Positions 29,358-41,118 of a stretch of 64,000 nucleotides of DNA are shown here, piece by piece. The first letter of the stretch is position 1, and each line of letters begins with the position of its first letter. The translations under genes and the position numbers were made by a program. Source of the stretch: Promethearchaeia archaeon (lineage in GTDB: Archaea; Asgardarchaeota; Lokiarchaeia; Sigyniarchaeales; SOKP01). The stretch is taken from positions 55,153 to 119,152 of the forward strand of contig JAHQWG010000043.1 of the NCBI GenBank assembly GCA_029856045.1, given 5' to 3'. Below the pieces are notes generated by a model. The model ran no database searches, was not told where the DNA came from, and was given only the letters and a program-made list of their open reading frames with translations.

Positions 29358-31028
29358 TTGACTGAACTTGATGATTTTTTAAAAGAATTAACAAAATGGG
29401 AAGAAAACATATTAGGAAAATCCATTAATGGTAAAGAAATGCGACAGACGCAGTTTAAAAATTTATCAGATATTGACATAAAAGGACTTTTTACTCCATT
29501 AGATATAAAGGAAACGAAATATATAGAAAAATTAGGATTCCCTGGGCAATTTCCTTTCACAAGAGGGGCATATCCATCAATGTATAGGGGTCAATTTTGG
29601 ACGATGCGTCAATTTGCTGGTATGGGATCAGCAGAACAAACAAACAAACGCTATAAATTCCTAATAGGGCATGGTCAAACGGGTTTAAGTGTAGCGTTTA
29701 GTTTGCATACGATATATGGGTATGAAGCAAGCGATAAAAGGGCATTGGGAGAGATTGGAAAAGAAGGTGTCGCAATTGATACCCTTAAAGATATGGAAAT
29801 CCTTTTTGATGGTATAGATTTATCAAAGATATCTACTTCAATGACCATAAATGCTCCAGCATCTATTTTACTTTCTATGTATATAGCTGTTGCAGGGAAG
29901 CAAGGTATTTCTCCAGAAAAATTAAGAGGAACAATTCAGAATGATATTTTAAAGGAATATATTGCGCAAAAATCGTGGGTTTTTCCTCCAGAACCTTCAA
30001 TGAGACTTATTGTTGATACTATTGAATATTGTACAAAATATGTGCCACAGTGGTATCCTATAAGTATTAGTGGGTATCATATTAGAGAAGCTGGTTCTAC
30101 AGCAGTCCAAGAATTAGCATTCACCCTTGCAGATGGATTTGCTTATGTAGAAGCAGCAATAAAAAGGGGATTAAATATTGATGATTTTGCTCCGAGATTA
30201 TCTTTTTTCTTTAATAGTCATAATAACTTTTTTGAGGAAATTTGTAAATATAGAGCAGCACGTCGGATATGGGCAAAACATATGCGCAATAAATACAATG
30301 CAAAGAAAAAAGAGTCTATAAGATTAAGGTTTCATACTCAGACCGCAGGAGTTTCTTTAACCGCTCAGGAACCCGAAAATAATATAGTTAGAGTTACTTT
30401 ACAAGGGTTAGCTGCAGTTTTGGGAGGAACACAATCACTTCATACAAACTCATTTGATGAGGCTTTGTGCTTGCCTACAGAGAAAGCTGCTAAAATTGCA
30501 TTAAGAACTCAACAAATAATTGCATATGAATCTGGTGTTGCAGATACAGTTGATCCTTTAGCTGGCTCATATTATATTGAATGGTTAACTGATAAAATGG
30601 AACAACAAGCTGAAGAATATTTTCGTAGGATTGAAGAATTGGGTGGTGTAATTCCCGCGATTCATAAAAACTTCTTTCAAACAGAAATTGCAAATGCAGC
30701 ATATAAATACCAGCGAGAAATTGATTCTAATAAAAGATTTATTATTGGAGTTAATAAATTCCAATCAGAAAAATTTGAATTACCTGAATTATTAGCCATT
30801 GAAGAAGCTGTTTCTGAACACCAAATTAATAGGTTGAATGAAATCAAGAAAAACCGAGATAATGAAAAAGTAAATATATTATTAACTAAATTAAAAGAAG
30901 CTGCAAAAGGAACTGAAAATTTGATTCCTTATATTTTGGATGCTGTTAAAGAATATACATCTGTAGGAGAAATTATTGAATCACTAAAAGAAGTTTTTGG
31001 AGTTTATAGAGAGAAACAAATAATATAA
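29358..31028 (+). CDS. B12-dependent acyl-CoA mutase large subunit, isobutyryl-CoA mutase-type
   Basis: PFTRG, WTMRQFAG, QNDILKEYIAQK, ISISGYHIREAG, QSLHTNSFDEA. Confidence 0.93.
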   Translation: MTELDDFLKELTKWEENILGKSINGKEMRQTQFKNLSDIDIKGLFTPLDIKETKYIEKLGFPGQFPFTRGAYPSMYRGQFWTMRQFAGMGSAEQTNKRYKFLIGHGQTGLSVAFSLHTIYGYEASDKRALGEIGKEGVAIDTLKDMEILFDGIDLSKISTSMTINAPASILLSMYIAVAGKQGISPEKLRGTIQNDILKEYIAQKSWVFPPEPSMRLIVDTIEYCTKYVPQWYPISISGYHIREAGSTAVQELAFTLADGFAYVEAAIKRGLNIDDFAPRLSFFFNSHNNFFEEICKYRAARRIWAKHMRNKYNAKKKESIRLRFHTQTAGVSLTAQEPENNIVRVTLQGLAAVLGGTQSLHTNSFDEALCLPTEKAAKIALRTQQIIAYESGVADTVDPLAGSYYIEWLTDKMEQQAEEYFRRIEELGGVIPAIHKNFFQTEIANAAYKYQREIDSNKRFIIGVNKFQSEKFELPELLAIEEAVSEHQINRLNEIKKNRDNEKVNILLTKLKEAAKGTENLIPYILDAVKEYTSVGEIIESLKEVFGVYREKQII

Positions 31029-31060
31029 TAGAAGAAAAAAATATTAGAAATGATAAAAAA

Positions 31061-31462
31061 ATGAATAAAACCAGAAGAATTAAAATTATTGCTGCTAAAC
31101 CTGGTCTGGATGGGCATGATAGAGGTATTAAAGTTGTAGCGCGCGCATTACGAGATGCAGGAATGGAAGTAATTTATACAGGTTTACATCAAACTCCAGA
31201 AGATATTGTAAACGCTGTTATACAAGAAGATCCTGATGTTTTAGCTCTAAGTCTTTTATCTGGAGCGCATAATACTCTCTGTCCAATAATTATGGAAAAA
31301 CTTCACGAAAAGAATATCGATGATGTTTTAGTTGTCGTTGGAGGAATAATACCAAGAAAAGATACCTCATTTCTTCAAAAAAAAGGACTTACTGGCTTTT
31401 TTGGTCCTGGAACCCCCTTACAGATAATTGTTGATTTTATTAAGTCCAATTTAAAGCGTTAA
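31061..31462 (+). CDS. Cobalamin-binding small subunit of acyl-CoA mutase
   Basis: KPGLDGHDRG (DxHxxG), SLLSGAH, GGIIP. Confidence 0.95.
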   Translation: MNKTRRIKIIAAKPGLDGHDRGIKVVARALRDAGMEVIYTGLHQTPEDIVNAVIQEDPDVLALSLLSGAHNTLCPIIMEKLHEKNIDDVLVVVGGIIPRKDTSFLQKKGLTGFFGPGTPLQIIVDFIKSNLKR

Positions 31463-31499
31463 AAAAAGTCAATTTATTTTAAATATTTTTATTCTAAAT

Positions 31500-31748
31500 T
31501 CATTTTTTCTTAGGTATTTTCCATTCTGAGAATATTTCACTAATGTAGAGAGCTTTTTTTTTACAAGAAGAGCATATTTCATCAGTTAATTTCTTAAAAA
31601 CATGATCTCCCTCTTGAAATAATCTTTCATTTTTAACTTTACATGATTTGCATTTTATGATTGAATATTTACTCTCTTCCATCTTTTTTTTCCGAATTAA
31701 AGCATCTCCAAGTGATGGAATTTGGGGAAATTGTGGTTCGTCACTCAA
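31500..31748 (-). CDS. Small zinc-ribbon protein
   Basis: CKSC...ERLFQEGDHVFK...CSSC. Confidence 0.75.
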   Translation of the reverse strand: MSDEPQFPQIPSLGDALIRKKKMEESKYSIIKCKSCKVKNERLFQEGDHVFKKLTDEICSSCKKKALYISEIFSEWKIPKKK

Positions 31749-31786
31749 ATTATATCCACTATTTTTATTTAATTAAATATAACATA

Positions 31787-32515
31787 TTAGTTATTATTTT
31801 TATTATTATTAATTTTTTCATTATTATTTTCATTTTGATGAATCTGATTTTGTTCTTTTTTATCCTCTTTCTCTTTTTCCTTTTTATCTATATCTTGTTC
31901 AGGTTCTTTAGGAATTTTGGAAATAATAACTTTTGAATACCGTAAAATGTCTTTTCTCATTTTCCAACCTGTTTGCAATATATCTACAATTGAATTTTCT
32001 GGTAAATCTGGATTTTCAATATGTGAAATAGCTTCATGTACTTTATAATCATATAAATCTCCTTTAGAAGTCGGAATTTGTTCGACTTCATACCTTTTAA
32101 ACTGATTTAATAATTGATTATATATTGATTTTATATCTTTAAAATTTAATTCTTGGGAATTATTAATATGATCTATTGCGCTCTCAAATGAATCCATTAT
32201 TCTTAAAAAATCTCTTAAAATTGAAGCTCTTTCAATACTTTGAATATGTATTCTATTTTTTTCCATTCGCTTTTGATAATTTTCAAAATCAGCCTGGATT
32301 AGCATAAATTTTTTTTTCCATTCTTCTATTACTTTATCTTTTTCTTTTAATTTCGTATCTAATTTTGATTTTAATTCTTCAATAGTTTCTTGCGGAGTTT
32401 TTTCTTTTGAAGATTTTGTATCGACAGATTTTTCTCCCACTTCTGTGGTCTTTTCCGCATTTTTTTTCTTTTTTAATGTATTATCTGGTGAAATATTGTC
32501 TTCCTTTGGTTTCAT
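31787..32515 (-). CDS. grpE: Nucleotide exchange factor GrpE
   Basis: QADFENYQKR, HEAI, QTGW...LRYSKV. Confidence 0.93.
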   Translation of the reverse strand: MKPKEDNISPDNTLKKKKNAEKTTEVGEKSVDTKSSKEKTPQETIEELKSKLDTKLKEKDKVIEEWKKKFMLIQADFENYQKRMEKNRIHIQSIERASILRDFLRIMDSFESAIDHINNSQELNFKDIKSIYNQLLNQFKRYEVEQIPTSKGDLYDYKVHEAISHIENPDLPENSIVDILQTGWKMRKDILRYSKVIISKIPKEPEQDIDKKEKEKEDKKEQNQIHQNENNNEKINNNKNNN

Positions 32516-32889
32516 TTAATAATCATTTCAAATTTTTGAATTAGATATTATTCTTAAAGACCCATTATTTCAATTTAATAGATCTTTAATTTAATAATAT
32601 AAAATAATGTTTTAATTTTTATTGTTTTCTGGATTTTTAATCGTGAAATTATTGAATTTTTATATGCAATTCATAAGACATGGAAGAATATTTCCTTATA
32701 CTATTAACGATATTAATAATTAAAGTATCCACTTAAAGAAGTTTTATTTTGACATTGAGATCATTTAAATATAAATCTAAAAATTTATAATTTTTATTTA
32801 CTACTTAATTCATAAATTGTTAATCTTAATGGTTTTTATAATTAAATAAAATATAATGATTATAAAACTCCAAATTAAAGTTGAGATTT

Positions 32890-34887
32890 ATGAGCGATAC
32901 AGAAAGCAAAGAAAAGCCTAAAAGGAAAGAATTAATTGTTGGGATTGATTTAGGGACATCAAATAGTGCATGTGCTTATCTAACACCAACAGGAAAGCCA
33001 GAAATAATACCAGCTGTTGAAGGGCGAACTTTAGGAGGTAAAGCTTTTCCATCTTATGTAGCTTTTACCGAAGATGGTCAAAAAATAGTTGGGGAACCTG
33101 CTAGACGCCAGGCAGTTTCCAATCCGGATGGAACGATTACTGCAATTAAGCGTAAAATGGGTACAAAATATAAAGCAAAACTTAAAGTAGGAACTGAGAG
33201 TAAGGAATTTACACCAGAAGAAATTTCAGCGATGATACTAACTAAAATTAAAAACGACGCCTCAAAATATCTTGGTCAAAGTGTCAAAAAAGCAGTTATC
33301 ACAGTTCCAGCATATTTTAATGATGCTCAAAGAACTGCGACAAAAAATGCTGGCCAAATTGCAGGATTAGAAGTTGTAAGAATGATCAATGAACCGACTG
33401 CTGCTTGTTTAGCTTATGGATTAGATAAAATCAGCGGAAAACTTTTAAAAATTTGTGTATTAGATTTAGGTGGTGGAACATTTGATGTAACTATTATGGA
33501 ATTTGGAGAAGGTGTGGTTGAGGTATTATCTACTGCTGGAGATACTCAACTTGGTGGAACAGATATGGATAATGCCATTGTTGATTGGATTGTTGAAGAA
33601 GTTAGGAATAGACACGGAGTCGATGTAAGAAATGATAGTAAAGCTATAATAAGGATAAGAGATGCTGGCGAAAAAGCCAAAATAGAATTATCAACTACAT
33701 TATCAACAAAAATAAACCTTCCATATCTTTCTCAAAAAGAAGGTGAACCATTTCATTTAGAGATGGATTTTAGTCGAGCTAAACTAGAAAGTTTGATTGA
33801 ACCCACTCTTAAAAGACTTGATCCAATAATGCGAAGATCTATTTCAGATGCGAAGCTCTCTGTGGGAGAAATTGAAAAAATACTTCTTGTTGGTGGCCCT
33901 ACTAGAATGCCATGTGTTCAAGAACGATTTAAAAAATTTTTTAAAAAAAATCCAGAACTTTCTGTTGATCCAATGGAATGTGTTGCAACAGGAGCTGCAA
34001 TTCAAGGAGGTATAATTGCAGGTGATATTGGGGATTTATTATTGTTGGATGTTACGCCTTTATCATTAGGTGTAGAAACATTAGGTGAAGTTTTTACAAA
34101 AATAATTGAAAGAAACACTACAATTCCAACCGAGAAAAGTCAAATCTTTAGTACTGCAGCAAATAATCAACCAGCAGTTACTATCAATGTTCTACAAGGT
34201 GAAAGAGCCATGGCTAAAGATAATATAACGCTTGGCCAATTTCATTTAACAGGTATTCCTCCTGCTCCAAGAGGAATTCCACAAATTGAAGTTACCTTTT
34301 CAATTGATGCAGACGGAATAGTAAATGTAAAAGCAAAAGATTTAGGGACAAGAAAGGAAACAGGAATTACTATAACAGGCGCACATGGACTTAATGAAGT
34401 GGAAATAAATCAAAAAATTGAAGATGCTAAAAAATATGAAGAAAAAGATAAAGAAATTATGGAAATGGTACAAACAAAAAATCAAGCCGATGCATTAATT
34501 TTTAGCACGGAAAAAATGATGGAAGAATATAAAGATCAACTTCAAGAAGATGAGAAGAAAAATATAGAAGCAGCCATTAAAGATCTACAAGAAGATATTA
34601 AATCAGATGATGTGCAGAGAATAAAAGAAGGAATGGATAAGTTACAAAAATCAATGTATGGATTTTCTCAACGTATTTATACCCAACAAGCTCAGCAAGA
34701 TCAATATCAACAAGCAGCTGATCAAGCTCAAAAAGCCGCACAAGGATTTCCTGGAGGGGTTCAAGCTGAACCTCAAGATGTAGGAGCTGGTGGTGCTAAA
34801 TATACAAAAAAAGCTGAAGATGAAAAGAAAGAAGATAAAAAGAAAGTCGTAGATGTTGAATGGGACGAAGAAGACGAAGATAAATGA
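32890..34887 (+). CDS. dnaK: Chaperone DnaK (Hsp70)
   Basis: [39 protein letters not shown] 32890 preferred over TTG 32881. Confidence 0.98.
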   Translation: MSDTESKEKPKRKELIVGIDLGTSNSACAYLTPTGKPEIIPAVEGRTLGGKAFPSYVAFTEDGQKIVGEPARRQAVSNPDGTITAIKRKMGTKYKAKLKVGTESKEFTPEEISAMILTKIKNDASKYLGQSVKKAVITVPAYFNDAQRTATKNAGQIAGLEVVRMINEPTAACLAYGLDKISGKLLKICVLDLGGGTFDVTIMEFGEGVVEVLSTAGDTQLGGTDMDNAIVDWIVEEVRNRHGVDVRNDSKAIIRIRDAGEKAKIELSTTLSTKINLPYLSQKEGEPFHLEMDFSRAKLESLIEPTLKRLDPIMRRSISDAKLSVGEIEKILLVGGPTRMPCVQERFKKFFKKNPELSVDPMECVATGAAIQGGIIAGDIGDLLLLDVTPLSLGVETLGEVFTKIIERNTTIPTEKSQIFSTAANNQPAVTINVLQGERAMAKDNITLGQFHLTGIPPAPRGIPQIEVTFSIDADGIVNVKAKDLGTRKETGITITGAHGLNEVEINQKIEDAKKYEEKDKEIMEMVQTKNQADALIFSTEKMMEEYKDQLQEDEKKNIEAAIKDLQEDIKSDDVQRIKEGMDKLQKSMYGFSQRIYTQQAQQDQYQQAADQAQKAAQGFPGGVQAEPQDVGAGGAKYTKKAEDEKKEDKKKVVDVEWDEEDEDK

Positions 34888-35266
34888 TTTTCATTATTAT
34901 ATAAAGGGCGCAAAAAATTCACCTCTAAGAATTTAGGAGGGTTATCATTATCATCATTATTATGGTTCTTGTCCAATACGTCATAATGATTTCCTTGTAT
35001 TTACCCCATACTGATAGATATCCGATTTGAACTAATAAATATAGAAAGATTATCAATTTAGTATATATTTTAATTAAAATTTTCATCGCATTTCATATCT
35101 ATATCTGTAATAGTTTACTTTATTGTACATTTTTTAATTTCCATTTGATGAACATTTCTATTAGAAAATGATTTTTAGTTAAGTTTATAATAATTGATAA
35201 TAAAAATATTTAAAAATTTTAAAAAACAAAAAGTTACGGTTAATATTTAAAAATAGGTGAAAAACA

Positions 35267-36721
35267 ATGAAAGAAAATGAAAAAAAAGAAGTAAAAAAAT
35301 TAACCACACAGGCAGGTCGTCCTGTCCCAGATAATCAGAATTCACTTTCTGCTGGTGAGAGAGGACCTCTTTTATTGCAGGATGTCTATCTTTTAGAAAA
35401 ATTAGCACATTTTAATAGAGAACGTACACCAGAACGAATAGTTCACGCTAAAGGAGCTGGAGCCTACGGTACTTTTACTGTAACTCATGATATTTCAAAA
35501 TATACTAAAGCAAAAATCTTTTCAAAAGTTGGAAAAAAAACAGAGATGTTTGCTAGATTTTCAACAGTAGCTGGTGAAAGAGGCTCTGCTGATACGGTTA
35601 GAGATGTGAGAGGTTTTGCATTAAAATTTTACACGGAAGAAGGTAATTGGGATTTAGTTGGCAACAATACTCCCGTATTTTTTGTGAGAGACCCCATAAA
35701 ATTCAGTGATTTCATCCATACTCAAAAACGTGAGCCTCATACAAACCTTCGATCCCAAACCATGTGGTGGGATTTTTGGTCTTTAGTTCCAGAATCATTG
35801 CATCAAGTAACTATCCTTTTTTCTGATCGCGGTATACCAAGAGGTTTTCCACACATGAATGGTTACGGAAGCCATACGTATAGTTTTATAAACGCTAATG
35901 ATGAACGTTTTTGGGTGAAGTTTCATTTTAAAACCATGCAAGGAATTAAAAATTTTATGCAAGAAGAGGCTGATAGAATTGCTGGTACCGATCCTGATTG
36001 GGGCACCCGTGATCTTTATGAAAGAATTGAAAGGGGAGAATATCCAAAATGGGAATTATCCATTCAAATAATGCCTGAACTTGAAGCTGAATCTTATCGA
36101 TGGAATCCGTTTGATTTAACTAAGGTATGGCCTCATGGAGATTATCCTTTAATTAAAGTAGGAATAATGGAATTTAACCGAAATCCCTCAAACTATTTTG
36201 CAGAAGTAGAACAAGCAGCTTTTGATCCCTCTAATAGAGTTCCCGGCATTTCTTTTTCACCAGATAAAATGTTACAAGCTAGAACTTTTTCTTACGCTGA
36301 CGCACATCGATATCGACTTGGCGTTAATTATCAAAGTCTACCTGTAAATAGACCAAAAAACGCTAATATATCCAATTATCATCGTGATGGTTTCATGCGG
36401 TTTGATGGTAATTTTGGAGGTTCTGTTAATTATGAACCAAATAGTTTTGGTGGACCTACAGAGAACCCAGCATTTAAAGAACCACCATTAAAAATTTCTG
36501 GTGATGCAGATGCATATGACCAACCTACAACTGATGATGATTTTGTTCAACCAGGAAATTTATACAGATTACTACCATCTGATGAACAGGAAAGACTTAT
36601 TCAGAATCTTGTGAATAGTTTAAAAACTGTGCCAAAATTTATACAAGAAAGGATGCTCAAGCATTTTTTTAAAGCTGATCAAACTTGGGGTGAAAGGGTT
36701 AAAAAAGGATTGAATTTGTAG
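35267..36721 (+). CDS. katA: Monofunctional heme catalase (small subunit)
   Basis: [55 protein letters not shown] upstream. Confidence 0.97.
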   Translation: MKENEKKEVKKLTTQAGRPVPDNQNSLSAGERGPLLLQDVYLLEKLAHFNRERTPERIVHAKGAGAYGTFTVTHDISKYTKAKIFSKVGKKTEMFARFSTVAGERGSADTVRDVRGFALKFYTEEGNWDLVGNNTPVFFVRDPIKFSDFIHTQKREPHTNLRSQTMWWDFWSLVPESLHQVTILFSDRGIPRGFPHMNGYGSHTYSFINANDERFWVKFHFKTMQGIKNFMQEEADRIAGTDPDWGTRDLYERIERGEYPKWELSIQIMPELEAESYRWNPFDLTKVWPHGDYPLIKVGIMEFNRNPSNYFAEVEQAAFDPSNRVPGISFSPDKMLQARTFSYADAHRYRLGVNYQSLPVNRPKNANISNYHRDGFMRFDGNFGGSVNYEPNSFGGPTENPAFKEPPLKISGDADAYDQPTTDDDFVQPGNLYRLLPSDEQERLIQNLVNSLKTVPKFIQERMLKHFFKADQTWGERVKKGLNL

Positions 36722-36723
36722 AA

Positions 36724-36752
36724 TTTTTTTTTTCCCCCCCTTTTTTTTTTTT
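36724..36752 (+). terminator. Archaeal oligo-T terminator-like tract
   Basis: T10-C7-T12 immediately after the catalase stop. Confidence 0.5.
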
Positions 36753-36806
36753 ACTCTTATATTTCTTTGAATTAGAATAAAAAATATAAATAGATACAGG
36801 AGAAAA

Positions 36807-37232
36807 ATGTCCGAAAAGGTAGAAGAATTAGATAAAAGCGATTTTAATAAAGAAATATTAGTCCAAAATAAATTTAAAAGGAAATTATACTTCATCGCTG
36901 GTTCAAGCTGCTTAATTTTTGGATTTATTGGAATTTTTTTTCCAATTCTCCCGACGACTCCCTTTTTACTTCTGGCGGCTGCTTGTTATGCAAGAAGTTC
37001 AGAAAGTGCTTATAATTGGCTTTTAAATCATAAGATTTTCGGTAAATACATTAGAGATTATCGAGATGGTAAAGGATTGCCACTTAAAGTAAAAATAATT
37101 ACAATTACTCTTTTATGGATAACAATTCTGATCTCATTAATATTTATAAAAATTTTTTGGGTTCAGATCATATTAATCATAATTGCGATTATAGTTTCAA
37201 TACATGTGGCTTTAATTAGACCAAAAAAATAA
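36807..37232 (+). CDS. YbaN / DUF454 membrane protein
   Basis: GIFFPILPTTPFLLLAAACYARSS...WLL. Confidence 0.93.
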   Translation: MSEKVEELDKSDFNKEILVQNKFKRKLYFIAGSSCLIFGFIGIFFPILPTTPFLLLAAACYARSSESAYNWLLNHKIFGKYIRDYRDGKGLPLKVKIITITLLWITILISLIFIKIFWVQIILIIIAIIVSIHVALIRPKK

Positions 37233-37480
37233 TAAAGATTAGTTTTTCCAAAACTTTAAAGGTTTTTTTTTGAACATTTTAATTTATTTTATTTTGAATT
37301 ATAATTTTAAAAAATATTTTAATAATTATTGTTATTTACAAAAATAAAATTAAGTAAAATGAAAATAATAATAATTATCCTTTTACTAAACTAATAAAAG
37401 TAATAAGTTTTATTTCTTTACTAGATAAATAACAAATAACTTAATCGAATAAGTTAAAAAAGCGATCATTTACTACTAAA

Positions 37481-38608
37481 ATGAGTTCCAGAAAGAAAAA
37501 AAGAGATTATTATGATGTTTTGGGGATTAGCAAAGAGGCATCAGAAAATGATATAAAACTATCTTATAGAAGACTTGCTAAAAAATATCATCCTGATTTA
37601 AATAAGACGGATCCTAGTGCTGTAGAGAAATTTAAAGAAGTTCAAGAAGCATATGAAGTGTTATCAGATCCTCAAAAAAGAAACCAATATGATAGATTTG
37701 GGTTCGATGGTGTAAGTATAAACGTAGATGAAATTTTTTCTGGGGGAATTCCAGGAATTGACGAAATTTTTCGAAGTTTTTTTGGAGATGATTTTGGATT
37801 TGGAGGTTTTGGAAGTTTTGGAAGGAGAGGAAGAACAAGAGCATATCAAAAGAGAAGGGTAAGAGGTGGAGATATAGAAGATTCTATAGATATAACTTTC
37901 GAAGAATCAATATTTGGAAAAAAGAAAGAAATTACAATAGAAAGAATGGTTCCATGTGATGAATGTGAGGGAACTGGAGCAGAATCCCCTTCCAATGTTA
38001 AGGATTGCCCTCAATGTGGTGGAAGTGGGCAAATGACTTATAGAAGGCAAACTATAATGGGTACAATAATCCAGCAAGCAACTTGTTCAAAATGTGGTGG
38101 TGAAGGAAAAATCATCACAAAAAAATGTAAAGTTTGTAAAGGAGAAAAAGTTTTACCAGAATCTAAAAAAATAAAAATAACATTACCACCTGGAGTAGAG
38201 AATGGCATTCATTTAAAAGTTCAGGGAGCAGGGCATATTCCAACTCGAGATGCAATTCCAGGAGAACTCTATATTAAAATCAATGTAAAGGAGGAGAATA
38301 CATTTTATAAAAGAAATGACGATATTTATTCAGATGTAAAAGTTGATTTTATAACAGCAATTTTGGGAGATAAAATAAAAGTAAAAACATTTGATCATAA
38401 AAATAAGAATATAATTGAAGAAGATCTACGTATACCACCTGGAACACAATCTAATACCGAATTTCGATTTAAAAAAAGGGGTGTTCCACATTTATATGAT
38501 AGAGATCGTGGTGACCATTATATTCGAATAATCGTCGAGATTCCAAGAGTTATTTCTGAAAAACAAAAACAATTGCTCCAGAAATACAAAGAATTTGAGA
38601 AAAATTAA
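37481..38608 (+). CDS. dnaJ: Chaperone DnaJ
   Basis: J domain with HPD, G/F-rich region, four CxxCxGxG-type repeats. Confidence 0.97.
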   Translation: MSSRKKKRDYYDVLGISKEASENDIKLSYRRLAKKYHPDLNKTDPSAVEKFKEVQEAYEVLSDPQKRNQYDRFGFDGVSINVDEIFSGGIPGIDEIFRSFFGDDFGFGGFGSFGRRGRTRAYQKRRVRGGDIEDSIDITFEESIFGKKKEITIERMVPCDECEGTGAESPSNVKDCPQCGGSGQMTYRRQTIMGTIIQQATCSKCGGEGKIITKKCKVCKGEKVLPESKKIKITLPPGVENGIHLKVQGAGHIPTRDAIPGELYIKINVKEENTFYKRNDDIYSDVKVDFITAILGDKIKVKTFDHKNKNIIEEDLRIPPGTQSNTEFRFKKRGVPHLYDRDRGDHYIRIIVEIPRVISEKQKQLLQKYKEFEKN

Positions 38609-38769
38609 TAATTAAAAAATTAAAATAATTTCATTTCAATACTAATTTTTCATATAATAATTAGAATTTAATACATAAACAAATAATACATGTTAGAACT
38701 ATTCAATAAAATAGTTATAGAAAAAATATTAGAAATATAAAGATTATCTGTCTATTTTGTGGCTAATAA

Positions 38770-39765
38770 ATGGTTAAAAAAATAAAAAAAGTTGAAATTT
38801 TTATTGGCACTGATAATCTTGTTGATTATCATGTACCTATTGATAAAGAAATCATGGAATTACCCAGAATAAAAGGAGCTAATTTAGTAGGAGAACATGG
38901 ACTAGCTTTTTTTATTAATATTTATTACGACAATGAAAAATATATTTTATTATTTGATACAGGTTCGATAAACTGTACAGTATTAAATAATTTTACTCAA
39001 TTAAATCTTAATATCAATGAGATAAATGCTATTGCCATATCTCATGGACATTACGATCATACTGGGTGTTTAATAAAAATTTTAGAAGAAATTTCTGATT
39101 CTCAAAATCTTCAATTATATATACATCCAGATGCATTCTGTGAAAGATTTTTTAATCGAAATAAAGAAAATACTAAAAATAAATTATTGGGTAAGACAAG
39201 AAAAGAGATTAAAAGTCTTGAAGGTATTTTTTATCCTCAGAGAGTTGATTACAATTCAATTCTTAAATATATAAAAAAAGATAATCTTCATCTGACTGAT
39301 ATTACAACGGAAATTTTCCCAAATGTTCATGTTACGGGTGAAATCCCAAGAATTAATAATATTGAAATGGTTTCAGGTTTTTATTATTGGAAATCCTCAG
39401 AAAGAGAAGAATTTACGGAAGATGATGAAATTCTTGATGATCAAACGATTTTTATTGATTTGGGACAAGATAAAGGCTTAATAATAATTCTTGGTTGTAC
39501 TCATTCGGGATTAATAAATACTATAAATTTTATAAAAAACCAGTTTGAGAGAAAAATCTCTTGCATCATTGGAGGGATGCATTTAGTAAACGCTAGTGAA
39601 AAAAGGATAAATGAAACAATAGCCTATCTAAAAAAATTACAAATTGAAAACCCTAAATTAGTAATTGTTCCCTTGCACTGTTCTGGTATAAAATTTAAAG
39701 ATAAATTGAAGTTAGAATTAAGAAATGTTTATGATTTAGGTGTTGGAACTAAATTAACATTTTAA
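38770..39765 (+). CDS. MBL-fold metallo-hydrolase
   Basis: GEHG, FDTG, SHGHYDHTG, GCTHSG, GGMHL, PLHCSG. Confidence 0.92.
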   Translation: MVKKIKKVEIFIGTDNLVDYHVPIDKEIMELPRIKGANLVGEHGLAFFINIYYDNEKYILLFDTGSINCTVLNNFTQLNLNINEINAIAISHGHYDHTGCLIKILEEISDSQNLQLYIHPDAFCERFFNRNKENTKNKLLGKTRKEIKSLEGIFYPQRVDYNSILKYIKKDNLHLTDITTEIFPNVHVTGEIPRINNIEMVSGFYYWKSSEREEFTEDDEILDDQTIFIDLGQDKGLIIILGCTHSGLINTINFIKNQFERKISCIIGGMHLVNASEKRINETIAYLKKLQIENPKLVIVPLHCSGIKFKDKLKLELRNVYDLGVGTKLTF

Positions 39766-39960
39766 TCTTTAAATTAAAATAACCTAGAGTTTAATCTATT
39801 AAAAATTTCTAAAATTTTTTAAATTACATTGATTTTTATAACTTAACTCAATTTCAGTTTGAAATGAGAACAAATAATTGACGTTACTTATAGCTATTAT
39901 CGTTTTAAAGCAAAAAACATCTAAATTAACTAAAATGAGTAAATATCAATGGTGTGTTGA

Positions 39961-40527
39961 ATGTTATCTCAAGACTCTAAAACAAAAATTGTTAAGGAGT
40001 CAATAGTTGGTGAGATAATATCAATTACTGGTGATCTTTTTGCTGGAATAATAATGGTTTTCTTTATAATACCTTTTGAAAGTTTTTCTTATTTAATAAT
40101 TATGATTCCAGCACTATTAACGCTACGTGGAAATGTAAGTGGGACTTTCATTGCTCGAACAACAAGAGATTTATTTACTGGTGAATTATCCAAAACGCTA
40201 AAACCAATAAAACGTTGGCTTGAGAATATTGGAGCAACTTTATTCATATCACTTCTTGTTGGAGTCTTTATTGGAATTTTATCTCAGATTGTGAGTATTC
40301 TATTGGGAAATGAAATTTTTAATCTGTTTATTTTTCTGTCAATTCCATTGTTTACAATTCTGTTTGATCTAATTATATCTATTCCACTATCTTCATTTCT
40401 AAACATCTCTTGCTTTCGCTTTGGTTTAGATCCAAATAATCTTGTAAATCCAATAATGACATGCGTTGATGATTTTCTAACGGTTTTTGGCTTTCTTCTA
40501 TCTTTAATACTATTGGGGGTGCCTTAA
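39961..40527 (+). CDS. MgtE/SLC41-like divalent cation transporter, N half
   Basis: IPALLTLRGNV, GLDPNNLVNPIMT. Confidence 0.85.
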   Translation: MLSQDSKTKIVKESIVGEIISITGDLFAGIIMVFFIIPFESFSYLIIMIPALLTLRGNVSGTFIARTTRDLFTGELSKTLKPIKRWLENIGATLFISLLVGVFIGILSQIVSILLGNEIFNLFIFLSIPLFTILFDLIISIPLSSFLNISCFRFGLDPNNLVNPIMTCVDDFLTVFGFLLSLILLGVP

Positions 40528-41079
40528 ATGGAATATTTCAAGATGATTGTTAAAGAATCAATAATAATTGTCTTATTAACCTCTTTTTTAGGATTAATTT
40601 CTGGTATTTATTTATCTGATCAATATGATTTATTAAGCTCTATTCCTATTTTTATAATGGTTATACCACCATTAAATGCATGTATTGGTGATTTATCTAC
40701 AATTTTGATTTCTAAGTTCACTACATATCTATATATAGGATTAATTCCTCCTAAAATTCAAAAATCTGAAACATTAAGAAATAATTTTTTCGCATTATTA
40801 ATTACCGGAATTTTATCAGTATTATTTTTAAGTATAATAAGCATAATTATTAGTCCTCCAAATTCACTTTCAATTCTTAATCCATTTATTTATACTTTCA
40901 TTTTATTTATTACAATTATAGTTTTATTTACTGTATTTTTCATAATATGCTTCATAAGTGCAATTTTTTTATTCAAACATGGAAAAGACCCCAATAATAT
41001 TATGATTCCAACCTTAACTTCAACAGCAGATTTAATTACTCCAATTATCCTATTAATAATTCTACAAATATTTATATAG
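40528..41079 (+). CDS. MgtE/SLC41-like divalent cation transporter, C half
   Basis: PPLNACIGD, GKDPNNIMIPTLTSTADL. Confidence 0.85.
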   Translation: MEYFKMIVKESIIIVLLTSFLGLISGIYLSDQYDLLSSIPIFIMVIPPLNACIGDLSTILISKFTTYLYIGLIPPKIQKSETLRNNFFALLITGILSVLFLSIISIIISPPNSLSILNPFIYTFILFITIIVLFTVFFIICFISAIFLFKHGKDPNNIMIPTLTSTADLITPIILLIILQIFI

Positions 41080-41118
41080 CAAAAATGAAAAATAATTTAT
41101 GAGGGATTAATAAAACAA

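Noticed and set aside
34915-34965. ATGA-N10-AAA...GA pattern on the minus strand after dnaK as a third SECIS
   Set aside because: Helix II does not pair next to the core, and there is no UGA-containing gene upstream on that strand.
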